Assembly: GCA_038087875.1 (NCBI GenBank)
Contig: JAXLNO010000575.1
Coordinates: 62,001 to 126,000 of the forward strand
DNA: 64,000 nucleotides
Direction: 5' to 3'
From: Malacoraja senta
Taxonomy: Eukaryota
Part shown: piece after piece, positions 37,099 to 50,659 of the stretch
How the letters are laid out: each line of letters begins with the position of its first letter
Position numbering within the stretch: position 1 is the first letter of the stretch
Program-made: the position numbers and the translations under genes
Notes under the pieces: model-generated
What the model was told of the DNA's origin: nothing
Seen by the model: only the letters and a program-made list of their open reading frames with translations
The model's database searches: none

Positions 37099-40000
37099 TC
37101 AATACTTTGTAGAACCACCTTTCACTGCAATTACAGCTGCTAGTCTTTTGGGGGTATGTCTCTACCAGCTTTGCACATCTAGAGACTGAAATTTTTGCCC
37201 ATTCTTCTTTGCTAAATAGCTCAATCTTAGTCAGATTGGATGGAGAGCGTCTGTGAACAGCAATTTTCAAGTCTTGCCAGAGATTCTCAATTGGATTTAG
37301 GTCTGGACTTTGACTGGGCCATTTGCTTTGATCTAAACCATTCTATTGTAGCTCTGGCTGTATGTTTAGGGTCGTTGTCCTGCTGGAAGGTGAACCTCTG
37401 CCCCAATCTCAAGTCTTTTGCAGACTCTAACAGGTTTTCTGCCAAGATTGCCCTGTATTTGGCTCCATCCATCTTCCCATCAACTCTGACCAGCTTCCCT
37501 GTCCCTGCTGAAGAAAAGCATCCCCACAGCATGATGCTGCCACCACCATGTTTCACAGTGGGGATGGTGTGTTCAGGGTGATGTGCAGTGTTAGTTTTCC
37601 GCCACACATAGCATTTAGCATTTAGGCCAAAAACTTCAATTTTGGTCTCATCTGACCAGAGCACCTTCCTCCACATGTTTGCTGTGTCCCCCACATGGCT
37701 TGTGGCAAACTGCAAATGAGACTTCTTGTGATCTAAATTTTTAATAGAAGCAAACATATTACAATGTAGTAACATATTATAATAGAAGAAAAAACTTTTC
37801 ATATACATCAATCATTCATACATTATTAAATTTGTCAATTGTCAGTTAATTCTGCTTCTAGTGTTTTTTTTTATATAGATAGAGAAAGAAAAATAGAGAG
37901 AAAGAAGAAAGAAGAGAGAGAAAGAAGAATTTCAATATCTAAAAAGAAAAAGAGGTGGAATGAATAACTTATAATACGTCATAGGAGATAAGTTCGTAGG
38001 TTATGAAATATAATTACATCTAATCCTGAGTTCAAGGCTTTCACGCTGGGCCACTCTATCCCTTCAAATAGTCAATGAATGGAGCCCATATTTTAACAAA
38101 AAGTTATTGCTTGTCCATTAAGACAAGTCTAATTCTTTCTAGATGTAGGGTCTCCGACATTTCCACAATCCACATTTTTAATTGTGGGGGTTGTAGGGCC
38201 TTTCCAGAATTTTAATATTAATTTGTTCCCTGTAATTATACTGTAGTCAAGGAAGTTTCTTTGGCTTGTTGTGAGTGTTAAACTTTGTTCTGATATCCCA
38301 AGTATTATTAATTTTGAGTCTGGAGCCAATTTGGTATTAACAACTTCAGAGATTATTTGAAAAATATCAGTCCAGTAATTTTTAATTTTTATACAATTTG
38401 CAAAGGTATGTGTTAAATTGGCCTCTAGGTGCAGGCATTTATCACATATAGGAGAAATATGTGGGAAAATTCTATTTAGTTTTATTTTGGAATAATGTAA
38501 TCTGTGTAAGACTTTAAATTGTATTAAAGCATGTCTGGCATTTAACGAACATTGATGTATATGTTGTAAACTTTCGTCCCAAATATCTTTCCTAATAGGA
38601 TAACCTAACTCATTTTCCCATTTATGTCTATATAGTTCCATCGGTGGTTCCTCATTATTTAAGAGAATGTTATAAATATAAGCTATTAATTTTTCAGTGT
38701 TAGGATGCTTATTCAAACATTCATCAAGAATTTCTGGTTCCCTAGTCCTATAAACTTGTGTATTGGATTTAACATAATCTCTAATTTGTAAATATCTGAA
38801 AAAGTTATTTGAGTGTAGTCCATGATTCTGTTGTAACTCTTGAAATGACAGAAAGATGCCTTCCCTATAAAGATGTCCAATCCTTTTAATTCCATGATTT
38901 TTTCATTGTATAAAACCTCTATCCAATATGGATGGCTTGAATAGAGGATTATTTACAATGGGAAGACATAGTGGTATATTATTCAGTTTTAAAGCTTTTT
39001 TTAATTGTTTCCAAATTCGTATTCCACTATGTATTATAGGGTTTTCCTTATAGGTTTTTTTATGCAATTTTGTGGTAGCAAATATAATCGAACCTATTTC
39101 AAAAGGTAAACAGTCTTCCTTTTCCATCCTTAACCATTCTGGTTGTTGGTCCATTTCTTCCAGCCAGAAATTCATGTTTTTAATATGGACTGCCCAAAAA
39201 TAAAATAAGAAATTTGGCAAGGCCAAACCTCCATTGCTCTTTGACTTACATAAATGTTTTTTACTTATTCTATGATTCTTATAATCCCAAATAAAGCTTG
39301 TAACAATGGAGTCGACTTTTTTGAAAAAGTTTTTTGGAATATATATCGGAATTAATTGAAATAAATATAGTAGTTGCGGTAAGAAAATCATTTTTATAGC
39401 ATTAATTCTACCAAGCATTGAAATAGGAAGTGTTTTCCAGTACTGAATATGTTTGTGTAATTTATTAAGTAAGGATGGAAAATTTTGTTTAAATAAAGAG
39501 GTATATGTCTTAGTTACATAGATTCCTAAATATTTAAGTTTATCTTTAACTATTTTAAAAGGGGATTGTTGTATTGTATTTAAGTTGAATTTTGTTATTG
39601 GCATAATTTCACTTTTATTCCAATTAATCCTATATCCTGAGAACTGACCAAATTGTGTTATTAGATTTAATAGATTTGGAATACTAGTTTCTAACTTTGT
39701 GATATATATTAATACATCATCTGCATATAAGGAAATTTTATTCCTTGTATCTCTAGTGTTGTATCCATGTATTCCTGGATGGTTTCTAACGCTTTCTGCT
39801 AATGGTTCAATTGCAAGAGCAAATAATAGTGGGGATAGTGAACATCCTTGTCTACAACCTCTAGAAAGATTAAATTTGGCTGATAACATTTGATTTGTTA
39901 ATATTCTAGCTGTTGGATTAGAGTATAACAATTTAACCCATGTGCAGTACTTCTCTCCCAATTGAAATTTTTTCATTACCGAAAATAAATATGTCCATTC

Positions 40001-43000
40001 TACGTGGTCAAATGCCTTTTCAGCATCTAACGAAATAATTGCTAGATCTGCATTTGGAATTCTATTTGTATATATAATATTGAATAGTCTTCTCAAATTA
40101 TAAAATGAGTAACGTTTTGGAATAAAACCTGTTTGGTCCGGGTGTATTAATTTGTTAATCACCAAGCTCAATCTATGAGATAGGATTTTGGTTAATATTT
40201 TCTGATCAGTATTTAAGAGAGCTATTGTTCTATATGAACCTGGGTCTTCAGGGTCCTTATCCGGTTTCGGTATAAGTATGATTGTAGATTCATTTAGAGT
40301 TTCTGGAAGTTTCTGTTGAGTATATGCTTGTTTGTAAAGTCTCTGTAGACGTGGAGAAAGCAGATCGTAATTTTTTTTTATAAAATTCAGAGCTTAGACC
40401 ATCAGGACCTGCGGCCTTTCCATTTTTTAAAGATCTAATTGACTCCTCGATGTCTTTTACCGTAATTTCTACATCTAGTGATTCCATCTCTTTCTGATCT
40501 AGACCTGTAAGATTACATTTCTGTAGAAATGTTTCCATTCCTACTGGTTGTTCTGTTGTTTTAGATGAATACAATTTTTGATAATATTGTAAAAATCTAT
40601 CATTAATATCTTTAAGTAGTGTTAATGTTTCTCCCTTATCTGATCTAATTTTGTAAATTGTTTTTTCCCCATCCTGTTTACGAAGTTGACGCGCTAATAG
40701 TTTTTGTGGTTTATCTCCAAATTCAAAATGTAATTGTTTTGTACGTTGATATAGTTTTATTACTTGGTCTGAGTATATCTTGTTTAACTTATATTTCAGT
40801 ACTGCAATTTTATTGTGTTTTACCATAGATGGTGCTATTGCATTTTCTATGTCTAATTGCCTTATTTCCGTTTCCAAAGACTGTTGTTTGGCCCTATTCT
40901 CTTTATTAATAAATGATTGGGAGGAGATTAATGCTCCTCGCACAAATGCTTTAAATGTTTCCCAAAGAAGGGAGGCGGAGATTCCAGGGCTGTCATTAGC
41001 CTCGAAAAACATATTAATCTGTTTTACGAGGTATTCATTACATAACTTTTCTTTCAAGATTTGGGGGTTAAGTCTCCATTGTGTCTTTATCTTGGTCATT
41101 CCATTTAGTTTAATCATAAATGTAAGTGGAGCATGGTCCGATATTATAATATTATGATATTGCGAATTATAGGTAAATGGGATAAGTTTAGAGTCTACTA
41201 AGAAATAGTCTATCCTTGAGTAAGTTTTATGCACGGGTGAGTAGAATGAGTATTCTCGACCAGATGGATTTTCAATTCTCCAAACATCCTTAATGTTTGT
41301 AGTATTAATATATGAATTTAGGAATTCACTTGACTGAGATTTTAATTTTCTTTGACTTGATGATCTATCCAAGTAAGCATCCAGTGTACAATTTAAGTCT
41401 CCACCGATAATTAAATTATGTTGTGTACATTCCGGGATAATGTTAAGTATTCTCTTAAAGAACAGGGGGCTTTCAAAATTTGGTCCATATACATTAAGGA
41501 GAGTCACTTTTTTTGAGTATAACTCCCCTACTAATACAATATATCTGCCTTCAATATCTTCTGTCGTTGATATATGTTTAAAGGGTATACCTTTACGAAT
41601 TAATATTGCAACCCCTCTAGATTTATGTGAAAATGAAGAATGATACGTTTTAGCAATCCATTTGGCTTTCAATCTATGTTGTGCTTCATTTTTAAGATGT
41701 GTTTCCTGGAGAAATATTACATCTGCTTTAAGTGATTTTAAATAGGCTAATACTTTACCTCTCTTGATTGGTTCATTAATTCCCTTAACATTCCAGCTAC
41801 AAAATTTAATTCCTTCACCCCCAATTTTCATATTAACGTCTTGCATCTTGTGATTAAAGTGGTCTATGTTGGAGCAGCTGGATCAGCGCACTAAACCCTA
41901 CCTTATACTTGAACCTCAGGTAGATGAATTCTAAGTCTCGTCGGTTTTTCATCCGGACATATCTCCCTAAATAAAACATATAATTCCATTCCAAATACAA
42001 AATATAATATAACATAAGATAGAAAAGGTAATAAAATGTTGTATTAGTAACGTGTAAAAAATAGAAAAAGAAGAAAACTACAACTATGATTAGTGCAGTT
42101 AGTGATAGCCATCCTAGTGTGGCTAAACATCTAAAGACTTCCGTAGCTTTTGTTAAAAAAAAATATATTACTAGCTCCGTACTTTCCTTAAAAGAAAAGT
42201 TTCAATTACAATGAAAACAATTTATGGGGGGGAGGGAAACAATAGTTTTATTCCATAATTGAAGTATTTGTTAGTCTCCAATTCAAATGTTAGTATCATA
42301 TAGCAAGCTAAAAATATTTTTCCTCCTTTTTTTCTTAATTTTTAAAAAAAAGGGGAAAGACACTGTTAAAGAATAATCAAAAAACATTATTAAAGAGTAA
42401 TCAAAAAAACATTGTTAAAGAGTAATCAAAGTCCAAAATATCCAAATATCCAAAATAGCAAGGAAAAAACTTCCTATATTTTATTAATTAATTATTTGGA
42501 TCACACTTTACTTATATTTCATACTTTTAATCAATTCTGAGTTGGTCCAGTTAACAACAATTAGTATTGATTATTATTCGTAATTAGGGTTAATTGTTAG
42601 AAATTAGTACTAAAATATAAATTTTATGTATCAGTAGCGAGATAATTGCCCAATTCTTCCCGCAGATCTTGGACAAAATCTGCAAGAAGAATGGGGACAG
42701 TTCTTAAAAATTATAGTTTAAAGTTCCATCTCTTCTCTGCAGGATAACAGTTTCCACTGTCTTCAGGTGAATGTTGGGTGTAGAATATTATTCAATCTTC
42801 GGTCTTATTCACAATGTTCTGGGCAAATTCAAGTGCCTCTGTATGCTTGACGAAGAAATGTTCCTTCTTCTCGTAGGTCACTCTTAATGTTGCGGGATAT
42901 AACAGTCCATATCTCAGATTGTTTATATTCTTAAGTATTCTTCTTGTTTCTGTAAACAGTGCTCTCTTCTTGGCAACTTCCACAGGATAATCTCTAAATA

Positions 43001-43911
43001 TGCTTATCTTGTCTCCTTCAAATGCGAGGTTTCTGCTTTGAACAATTATCTTCATCATATCATCCAAAACATGGTCATATTGCACCTTCACTATCAGTTG
43101 TCTTGGGGGGGCGCCCAACCCCTGGGCGACGTCTTGATACTCTGTGTGATCGGGCAATTATTCAGATTCGGTGCTTGATTCGGTGCTCGGGCAATTATTC
43201 AGAAGGCTTGATTCAGGATCAAGACTTTTTTCAGCAGATCTGCAGCAAATTCGCGAGGGTCACGATTCCCCTCTCTGCCTTCCTGGACGCCTACGATTCT
43301 TAAATTCTGACGTCTCTGTCGTCCCTCCAAGTCAATACATTTTTCAGTTATTTGATGTAATAACTTCGATAGGCGTTTGTTCTCGGCAATAAGTTTATTT
43401 GTTGTTTGTGATAAACTGAATTCGATGGAATCCAGATTTGATGCTAAGTTGGAGCCGATCCTCCAGACTTTAAATCAACACCACGAGGCTGTAAAGGAAT
43501 TGGAGGAAATTGCTGAGACAAATGAGACTTCTTATGGCTTTTTTTCAACAATGGCTTTCTTCTTGCCACTCTTCCATAAAGGCCCGATTTGTGGAGTGCA
43601 CGACTAATAGTTGTCCTGTGGACAGATTCTCCCACCTGAGCTGTGGATCTCTGCAACTCCTCCAGAGTTACCATGGGCCTCTTGGCTGCTTCTCTGATCA
43701 ATGCTCTCCTTGCCCGGCCTGTCAGTTTAGGTGGACGGCCATGTCTTGGTAGGTTTGCAGTTGTGCCATACTCTTTCCATTTTCGGATGATGGATTGAAC
43801 AGTGCTCCGTGAGATGTTCAAAGCTTAGGATATTTTTTTATAACCTAACCCTGCTTTAAACTTCTCCACAACTTTATCCCTGACCTGTCTGGTGTGTTCC
43901 TTGGGCTTCAT
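37099..43911 (-). pseudogene. Tc1 transposase (interrupted at 37728-43518; stop codon and small deletions)
   Basis: MKPKEHTRQVRDKVVEK..; NISRSTVQSIIRKWKEYG..GRPPKL (HTH); [45 protein letters not shown]. Confidence 0.92.
37728..43518 (-). mobile_element. L1 copy F (partial ORF1, spacer, frameshifted ORF2 41846-38056) with 5' inversion and 15-bp TSD
   Basis: TSD caaatgagacttctt at 37713-37727 and 43519-43533. ORF2 pieces 40290..41846, 38903..40171 and 38129..38716; ORF1 42792..~43410 with DLEGRQRRQNLRIVGV. Confidence 0.93.
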
Positions 43912-44294
43912 GATGCTGTTTGTTCACTAATGTTCTCTAACAAACCTCTGAGGCCTTCACAGAACAGCTGTATTTATACTGAGATTAGATTACACACAAG
44001 TGGACTCTATTTACTAATTAGGTGACTTCTGAAGGCAATTGGTTGCACTGGATTTTATTTAGGGGTATCAGAGTAAAGGGGGCTGAATACTTTTGCATGC
44101 CACACTTTTCAGTTTTTTATTTGTAAAAAAATTTGAAAACCATGTATCATTTTCCTTCCACTTCACAATTATGCGCCACTTTGTGTTGGTCTATCACATA
44201 AAATCCCAATAAAATACATTTACATTTGTGGTTGTAACGTGACAAAATGTGGAAAAGTTCAAGGGGTATGAATACTTTTGCAAACCACTGTATG

Positions 44295-44740
44295 GTGTGT
44301 GTGTGTGAGTGAGTGTGTGAGAGTGTGTGTGAGAATGTGTGTGAGAGTGTGAGAGTGTGAGTGTGTGAGTGTGTGCGAGTGTGCGAGTGTGCGCGAGTGT
44401 GCTGGCCTGCACTCTGCTTGAAGCACTGCGAGGTTGGATTTGTTGGCCTGCACTCCGCTTGAAGCGCTGCGAGGTTGGATTTGCTGGCCTGCACTCCGCT
44501 TGAAGTGCTGTGAGATCGGATTTGCTGGCCTGCACTCCGCTTGAATCGCGGTGAGATTGGATTTGCTGGCCTGCACTCCGCTTGAAGCGTGGTGAGATTG
44601 GATTTGCTGGCCTGCACTCCGCTTGAAGCGCAGTGAGATTGGATTTGCTGGCCTGCACTCCGCTTGAAGCGCTGTGAGATTGGATTTGCTGGCCTGCACT
44701 CCGCTTGAAGCGGTGTGAAATTGAATTTGCTGGCCTGCAA
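44295..44740. repeat. (GT/GA)n microsatellite followed by a ~40-bp minisatellite (~8 units)
   Basis: Unit ggatttgctggcctgcactccgcttgaagcg..gagatt at 44400-44740. Confidence 0.9.
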
Positions 44741-45144
44741 TGAATGATGACTTTTGAGGTTAATTCTCAGATTTTCTTTGATAAAATTTGACCGCTCAAT
44801 CTCTCTATATTAAAATTGTCTCTCTTTTTATCAACAGCAAAGAGGCATCAAGAGGCAGTGAGCAGCACGACACAACAAGAGACACAACAAGAAAGAACTC
44901 ATCTTTAACATTTAAATTGTTGTTATATTTTATGAGTCATTCACATATTAAACTTTAATAAATCTTTTTTCCACTTGCCATGCCTGCGTGTTCTTCACCA
45001 CAATGAGAACCTAATAGGCAGGAATGGCTGCGCTGTCGGAGAGTCACTAAAAGTGCATGGGGGGAGGTTGAGGGTAGATTGACTGAATGCGTGGGGGGGA
45101 GGGGAATGGCAAGGAGCAGAGTGGGGTGGGGAAGGGAGGATGGG

Positions 45145-45370
45145 TGACTGAGAGAACTGCCACCACACCAGCCGTGAGTGACTGGAATGCCAGCCCACCA
45201 GCTATGAGTAAGTGAACTGCCAGCCCACCAGCCATAAGTCACTGAACTGCTATCCCACCAGCCCTGAGTAAGTGAACTGCCAGCCCACCAGCTGTAAGTG
45301 ACTGAAGTGCCAGCCCACCAGCCATGACTTAGTGAACTACCAGCCCACCAGCCATGACTCACTGAACTGC
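45145..45370. repeat. 30-bp minisatellite, reverse complement of the 3421-3568 array
   Basis: Unit actgaactgccagcccaccagcc(a/c)tgagt. Confidence 0.85.
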
Positions 45371-45891
45371 GAGTCCAAGAATCCATTCAGTCCACAATGT
45401 CCATACAAGCCCTCTGAAACCAGTCCCTTCAGCCCACAATACTCATACTAGCGCTCCAGAGATCCACACAAGGATAGACTTTCCCCCTTCATTGCTGTGA
45501 TCTATAAAAAAAGATGAAAATGTCAAAATTGATTCTCCATCCTCTCCCCCTTCTGTCTCACAGAGTCTGTCATCTGTTTTGGGCAGAATTTCTGGCAGTT
45601 TCTGAGCTGCCAGCCCGCCAGGCCTGAGTTACTGAGCTGCCAGCCTGCGAGGCCTGAGTGACTGTGCTGCCAGACCAAGAATCCATTCGGCCCACAATGT
45701 TCATACTAGCCCTCTGGAAACCAGTCAATTTGGCCCACCACACCCATGCTAGCGCTCCAGAAAGCTCCCCCCCCCACTGGCTAGCAATATTGGAATTGGT
45801 GGAGAGGTGGAATATTGCGTTGGGGGACCAGCCCTCCCATGTGAACATGGGACCCAACGGGTCCCACTTAGTCTAGTATAATATGTAATGA

Positions 45892-46850
45892 TTAGTATAG
45901 GAGTAGAGAGGTTCTTCTGCAGTTGTACAGGGCCCTGGTGAGACCACATCTGGAGTATTGTGTGCAGTTTTGGTCTCCTAATTTGAGGAAGGACATCCTT
46001 GCTATTGAGGCAGTGCAGCGTAGGACCACCAGGTTAATCCCCGGGATGGCAGTACTGTCATATGAGGAAAGATTGGAAAGACTGGGCTTGTATTCACTTG
46101 TATCCAAATCTGAGGAAGGACATTATTGCCATAGAGGGAGTGCAGAGAAGGTTCACCAGACTGATTCCTGGGATGTCAGGACTGTCTTATGAAGAAAGAC
46201 TGGATAGACTTGGTTTATACTCTCTAGAATTTAGGAGATTGAGAGGGGATCTTATAGAAACTTACAAAATTCTTAAGGGGTTGGACAGGCTAGATGCAGG
46301 AAGATTGCTCCCGATGTTGGGGAAGTCCAGGACAAGGGGTCACAGCTTAAGGATAAGGGGGAAATCCTTTAAAACCGAGATGAGAAGAACTTTTTTCACA
46401 CAGAGAGTGGTGAATCTCTGGAACTCTCTGCCACAGAGGGTAGTCGAGGCCAGTTCATTGGCTATATTTAAGAGGGAGCTAGATGTGGCCCTTGTGGCTA
46501 AAGGGATCAGAGGGTATGGAGAGAAGGCAGGTACGGGATACTGAGTTGGATGATCAGCCATGATCATATTGAATGGCGGTGCAGGCTCGAAGGGCCGAAT
46601 GGCCTACTCCTGCACCTAATTTCTATGTTTCTATGTTTCTATGAATTTAGAAGGTTGAGAGGGGATCTTATAGAAACCTACAACATTATAAAAGGAGTGG
46701 ACACGCTAGATGCAGGAAACATGTTCCCAATGTTGGGGGAGTTCAGAACCAGGGGCCACAGTCTAAGAATAGAGGGGTGGCCATTTAAAACTGAGATGAG
46801 AAAAAACGTTTTCACCCAGAGAGTTGTGAATTTGTGGAATTCGCTGCTAC
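45892..46850 (+). mobile_element. Clustered/nested CR1 3' fragments
   Basis: [56 protein letters not shown]. Confidence 0.88.
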
Positions 46851-47169
46851 TATCGGGAAGCGCAGGCAGGTGGGACTAATGTAGCTGGGAAATGTTGGCC
46901 AGTGTGGGCAAGTTGGCCAGAAGGGCCTGTTTCCACACTGCATCACTCTGTAACTCCATGAGGTACTCATTCAAAATCTTGTCCGTCTCCTGTGACTCCA
47001 CACTAATCCAGAAGATGACCTAGTCTTTACCTTCTGGAGTCGATGGAAGGGAGGGTGGTGGTGGAGAGGGAGTCCCTGGTGAGACCCAGTCATCATGAAG
47101 GATGTAAGGCAGGGTGATAGAGGGGAACCAGTGTGTGGTGGTGTTTCCCAGCTCTGGCCGCTCTCCCCA

Positions 47170-47497
47170 TTTAGTTTAGTTTGGAGATACAGCGTGGCAA
47201 GAGGCCCTTCGGCCCACTGAGTCGGCGCCATCCAGCGATCCCCGCACACTAGCACTATCCTATACACACACAATTTACATCACTATCCTATTTGGTCAAT
47301 TTATATTTGTACCAAGACAATTAACGTACAAGCCTGCACGTCTTTGGAGTGTGGGAGGAAACCGGAGCACCCGGAGAAAACCCACGCAGTTCACGGCGAG
47401 AAGGTACAAACTCCGTACAGACTGCACCCGTAGTCAGGATCGAACCCAGGTCTCTGGCGCTGTGAGGCAACAGCTCTACCCGCTGCGCTACCGTGCC
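47170..47497 (-). mobile_element. tRNA-derived V-SINE (HE1-like)
   Basis: Minus strand ggcacggtagcgcagcgggtagagc (A box) ... gggttcgatcc (B box) ... gggtgctccggtttcctcccacactccaaagacg (V-domain-like). Related copies at ~49875-50080, 56375-56680 and 57270-57370. Confidence 0.8.
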
Positions 47498-48869
47498 ACT
47501 CGAGAGGGTGCGGAGGAGGTTTGCCAGATGTTTGCCTGCATTAGAGACCGCTAGCTATACAGAGAGGTTGGACAAACTCCACAGCCGTCTGTGGCAATGA
47601 GTTCCACAGATTCACCACCCTCTGGCTAAAGAAATTCCTCCTCATCTCCTTCCCAAACGAACGTCCTTTAATTCTGAGGCTGTGATCTCTGGTCCTAGAC
47701 TCTCCCACTAGTGGTAACATCCTCTCCACATCCACTCTATCCAGACCTTTCACTATTCAGTTTAGTTTAGTTTATCAGTTCAGTTTAAGTTCAGTTTATT
47801 GTCCCGTGAACCGAGATTCATTGAAAAGCTTTTGTTGCTCGCTAACCAGTCAGCGGAAAGACAATACATGATTACAATCGAGCCGTCCACAGTGTAGAGA
47901 TACATGATTAGGGAATAATGTTTAGTGCAAGGTCATCATCATCGGTGGTCACACAAAACGAGTCTGACTGTCCTCTCATGGAGGACGCCTGTGCGTGACT
48001 TTGTTTAACATGGGGAGACTGGTGCACAGACAGCCACCCCACGGTCCTTGACAGATCCGGGTCAGGATCCAGTGGCATGGAGTCCAAGACGACCGGAAAC
48101 CCTTTTCTGCTGCAGCCTTCATCCGCCTTACCAGCCGTTGTGACGCTCCACTAAGGTAAGCCATCGTCCTCCGCCTGTTCCACCGTTGAGGTCTTGGTTG
48201 GATTGGCTCTTTGTCAGAGACCTACCTCCCCCTCGACCTTACCACCATGGGTGGACCTACCAGGAGCATAGCTCCAGACGGCATCGCTCTCAGGATCTCA
48301 GGTCCACACAAGCTTCTCCTCCACAACAAAGTGACGATCCATGGTAAAGCCGGCAAAGTCCAATCAAGGATAGTCCGAGGATCTCCAATGGGGTAGATAG
48401 TAGTTCAGGACCGCTCTCTGGTTGTGGTAGGATGGTTCAGTTGCCTGATGACTGTTGGGAAGGATCTGTATATAAATGATATAAGAAGTGTGACATACAG
48501 CAGGAAAAGAGGCCATTTGGCCCAACTTATCCATGCTGTCCAGATTGCCCTTATTTGGCGTATTTACCTCGAAACCTTTTCTATTCATGTACCTGCCCAA
48601 GTGTTTTTCCTTCTCTCCAGAGATGCCGCCTGTCCCGCTGAGTTACTCCAGCTTTTTGTGTCTCTCTTCATGTGTCTTTTACATGTTATTACAGTAGCCA
48701 CCTCAACTACCTCCTCTGGCAGCTCGTTCCATGCACCCACCACCCTCTGTGTGGAAAAAGTTGCCCATCGGGTTCCTGTTAAATCTTTCACCTCTCACCT
48801 TAAACCTGTGTCCACTGGTTCTTGATTCCTCTACTCTGGGTAAAATACCAGATAATTGTGGTCAAAGAA

Positions 48870-49535
48870 ATATCAATGTTTGGATGAGGGGATTGAAGGC
48901 TTTCAGGCCAAGTTTGTGGATGATACTTAGATAGGTGGAGGGGCAGGTAGTGTAGAGAAAGCAGGGATTCTGCAGAAGGACTTGGACAGGTTGGGAGAGT
49001 GGGCAGAGAAGTGGCAGATGGAATATAGTGTAGCAAAGTGTGGAGTCATGCATTTTGGTCACAGGAATAAAGGCGTAGACTATTTTCTGAATGGGGAGAG
49101 GATTCAGAAATCAGAGGTGTAAAGGGACTTGGGAGCTGGTGCAGGATTCCCAACACGTTAATCTGCTAGTCGAATCGGTAGACACGAAGGAAAATGAAAC
49201 GCTAGCATTTATTTCGAGAGGGCTAGAATATAAAAACAGGGATGTAATGCTGAGACTATTGTGAGCAATTCTGGGTCCCATATCTGAGGAAGGATGTGCT
49301 TTAGTCAGAGGGTGGTGAATCTGTGGAATTCTTTACCACAGACGGCTGTGGAGGCCAAGTCAATGGATATTTTATAAGACAGAGATAGATAGATTCTTGA
49401 TTAGTACGGGTGTCAGGGTTTATGGGGAGAAAGCAAGAGAATGGGGTTAGGAGGGAGAGATAGATCAGCCATGCTCTAATGGCAGAGTAGACTTGATGGG
49501 CCTAATGGCCTAGTTCTGTTCCTATAACATATGAA
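48870..49535 (+). mobile_element. CR1 RT/3' fragment
   Basis: ccaagtttgtggatgatac (KFADDT-like), LQKDLDRLGEWAEKWQMEY..KCGVMHFG and a CR1 3' tail. Confidence 0.75.
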
Positions 49536-50659
49536 CATGGAATGGGGAGAAGAAGGAATGACCGGGGTGGGACAGGGCTTATGTCGGCTGCTTTCCCGAG
49601 GCAGCGTGAAGTGTAGATGGAGTCGATGGTGGGGAGTGTGGTCTGTGTGATGGACTGGGCCACATCTCCAATGGTGGGGAGTGTGGTCTGTGTGATGGAC
49701 TGGGTTACATCTACAATGGTGGGAGTGTGGTCTGTGTGACGGACTGGGCCACATCTACAACTCTCTGCAATTTCTTGCATCCCAATAAGAAAGTGCATCT
49801 GCAGACATTAGTAAAATCATTAGAGACATGCCTAGTCTTCTAAGGAAGTAGAGGCATTGGTGTGCAATATTATAGACTTTGGAGATACATCACAGAAACA
49901 GGCCCTTCAGCCCGCCGAGTCCGAGCCGACTATTGATCACCCCGTACACTAACACTATCACACACACTAGGGACAATTTACAATTTTACCAAAGCCAATT
50001 AACCTACAAACCCACACATGTTTGAAGTGTGGGAGGAAACTGAAGATCTTGGAGAAAACCAACGCAGGTCACGGGTGGAACATCCCTCACAGCGACCCCC
50101 CCCCCCCCCTACATCGGGTCCTAATTGTTCTTGAATGAATGAATGAATACTTTATTGTCATTATAACATGTAAACATGTACAACGAAATTAGAAATGCCA
50201 ACCAGTCAGTGCACCATTCACACATTTTCTAAAGGCAAAAGTCTCAAATAAACAACTAAAATAAATAACATGAAAAAAAAAACATTCTTCACGGCGATCC
50301 CCACACGCCCGGCTCCCATTGCCTTCCCCTCCTTTCAAAAGGAACATCCTTTCATTCTGAGGCTGTGCCCTCTAGTCCTAGACTCTCCCACTAGTGGAAA
50401 CATCCTCTCCACATCCACTCTATCCGGGCCTTTCGCTGTTCGGTGAGTTATGTTGAAGACCAACTGAATGAACAGGAGAATCGAGGCCGGGTGGAAACCA
50501 AAGGTCTTTTATTTCACAGCAACCGTACAGAATACATGTTGAAGCAACGCCAGCTTACTGAAGCCAAGCTCGCGGTTCCAGGCAGAAACAGGAAAAACAA
50601 ACCACTCTTTTGTAGAAACCACGAACTGCAGATACTGGTGAATACACAAAAGGACAGAG

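Larger units (their letters stand above)
36881..44290 (-). mobile_element. Tc1/mariner (IR/DR-type, DD34E) transposon split by an L1
   Basis: TA|cagtggcttgcaaaagtattcatacccc ... ggggtatgaatacttttgcaaaccactg|TA. ~210-bp inverted repeats with an internal direct repeat tgcaaaagtattca. Confidence 0.95.
31901..45876 (+). mobile_element. Putative non-autonomous Helitron expanded by nested insertions
   Basis: 5' A|TCTATATAACTAAAA at 31900/31901. 3' hairpin tgggaccc-aac-gggtccca (45848-45866) followed by CTAG|T (45873-45877). Internal minisatellite arrays; no TSD. Pairing of the two ends is inferred. Confidence 0.6.

Noticed and set aside
44147..44740. Repetitive ORFs in all three minus frames (MQASKSNLTALQAECRPANP..)
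   Set aside because: Translation artefact of the stop-poor 40-bp minisatellite and GT repeat
47400..47497. tRNA-like A/B boxes
   Set aside because: They continue into a SINE body with several degenerate copies, so this is not a tRNA gene
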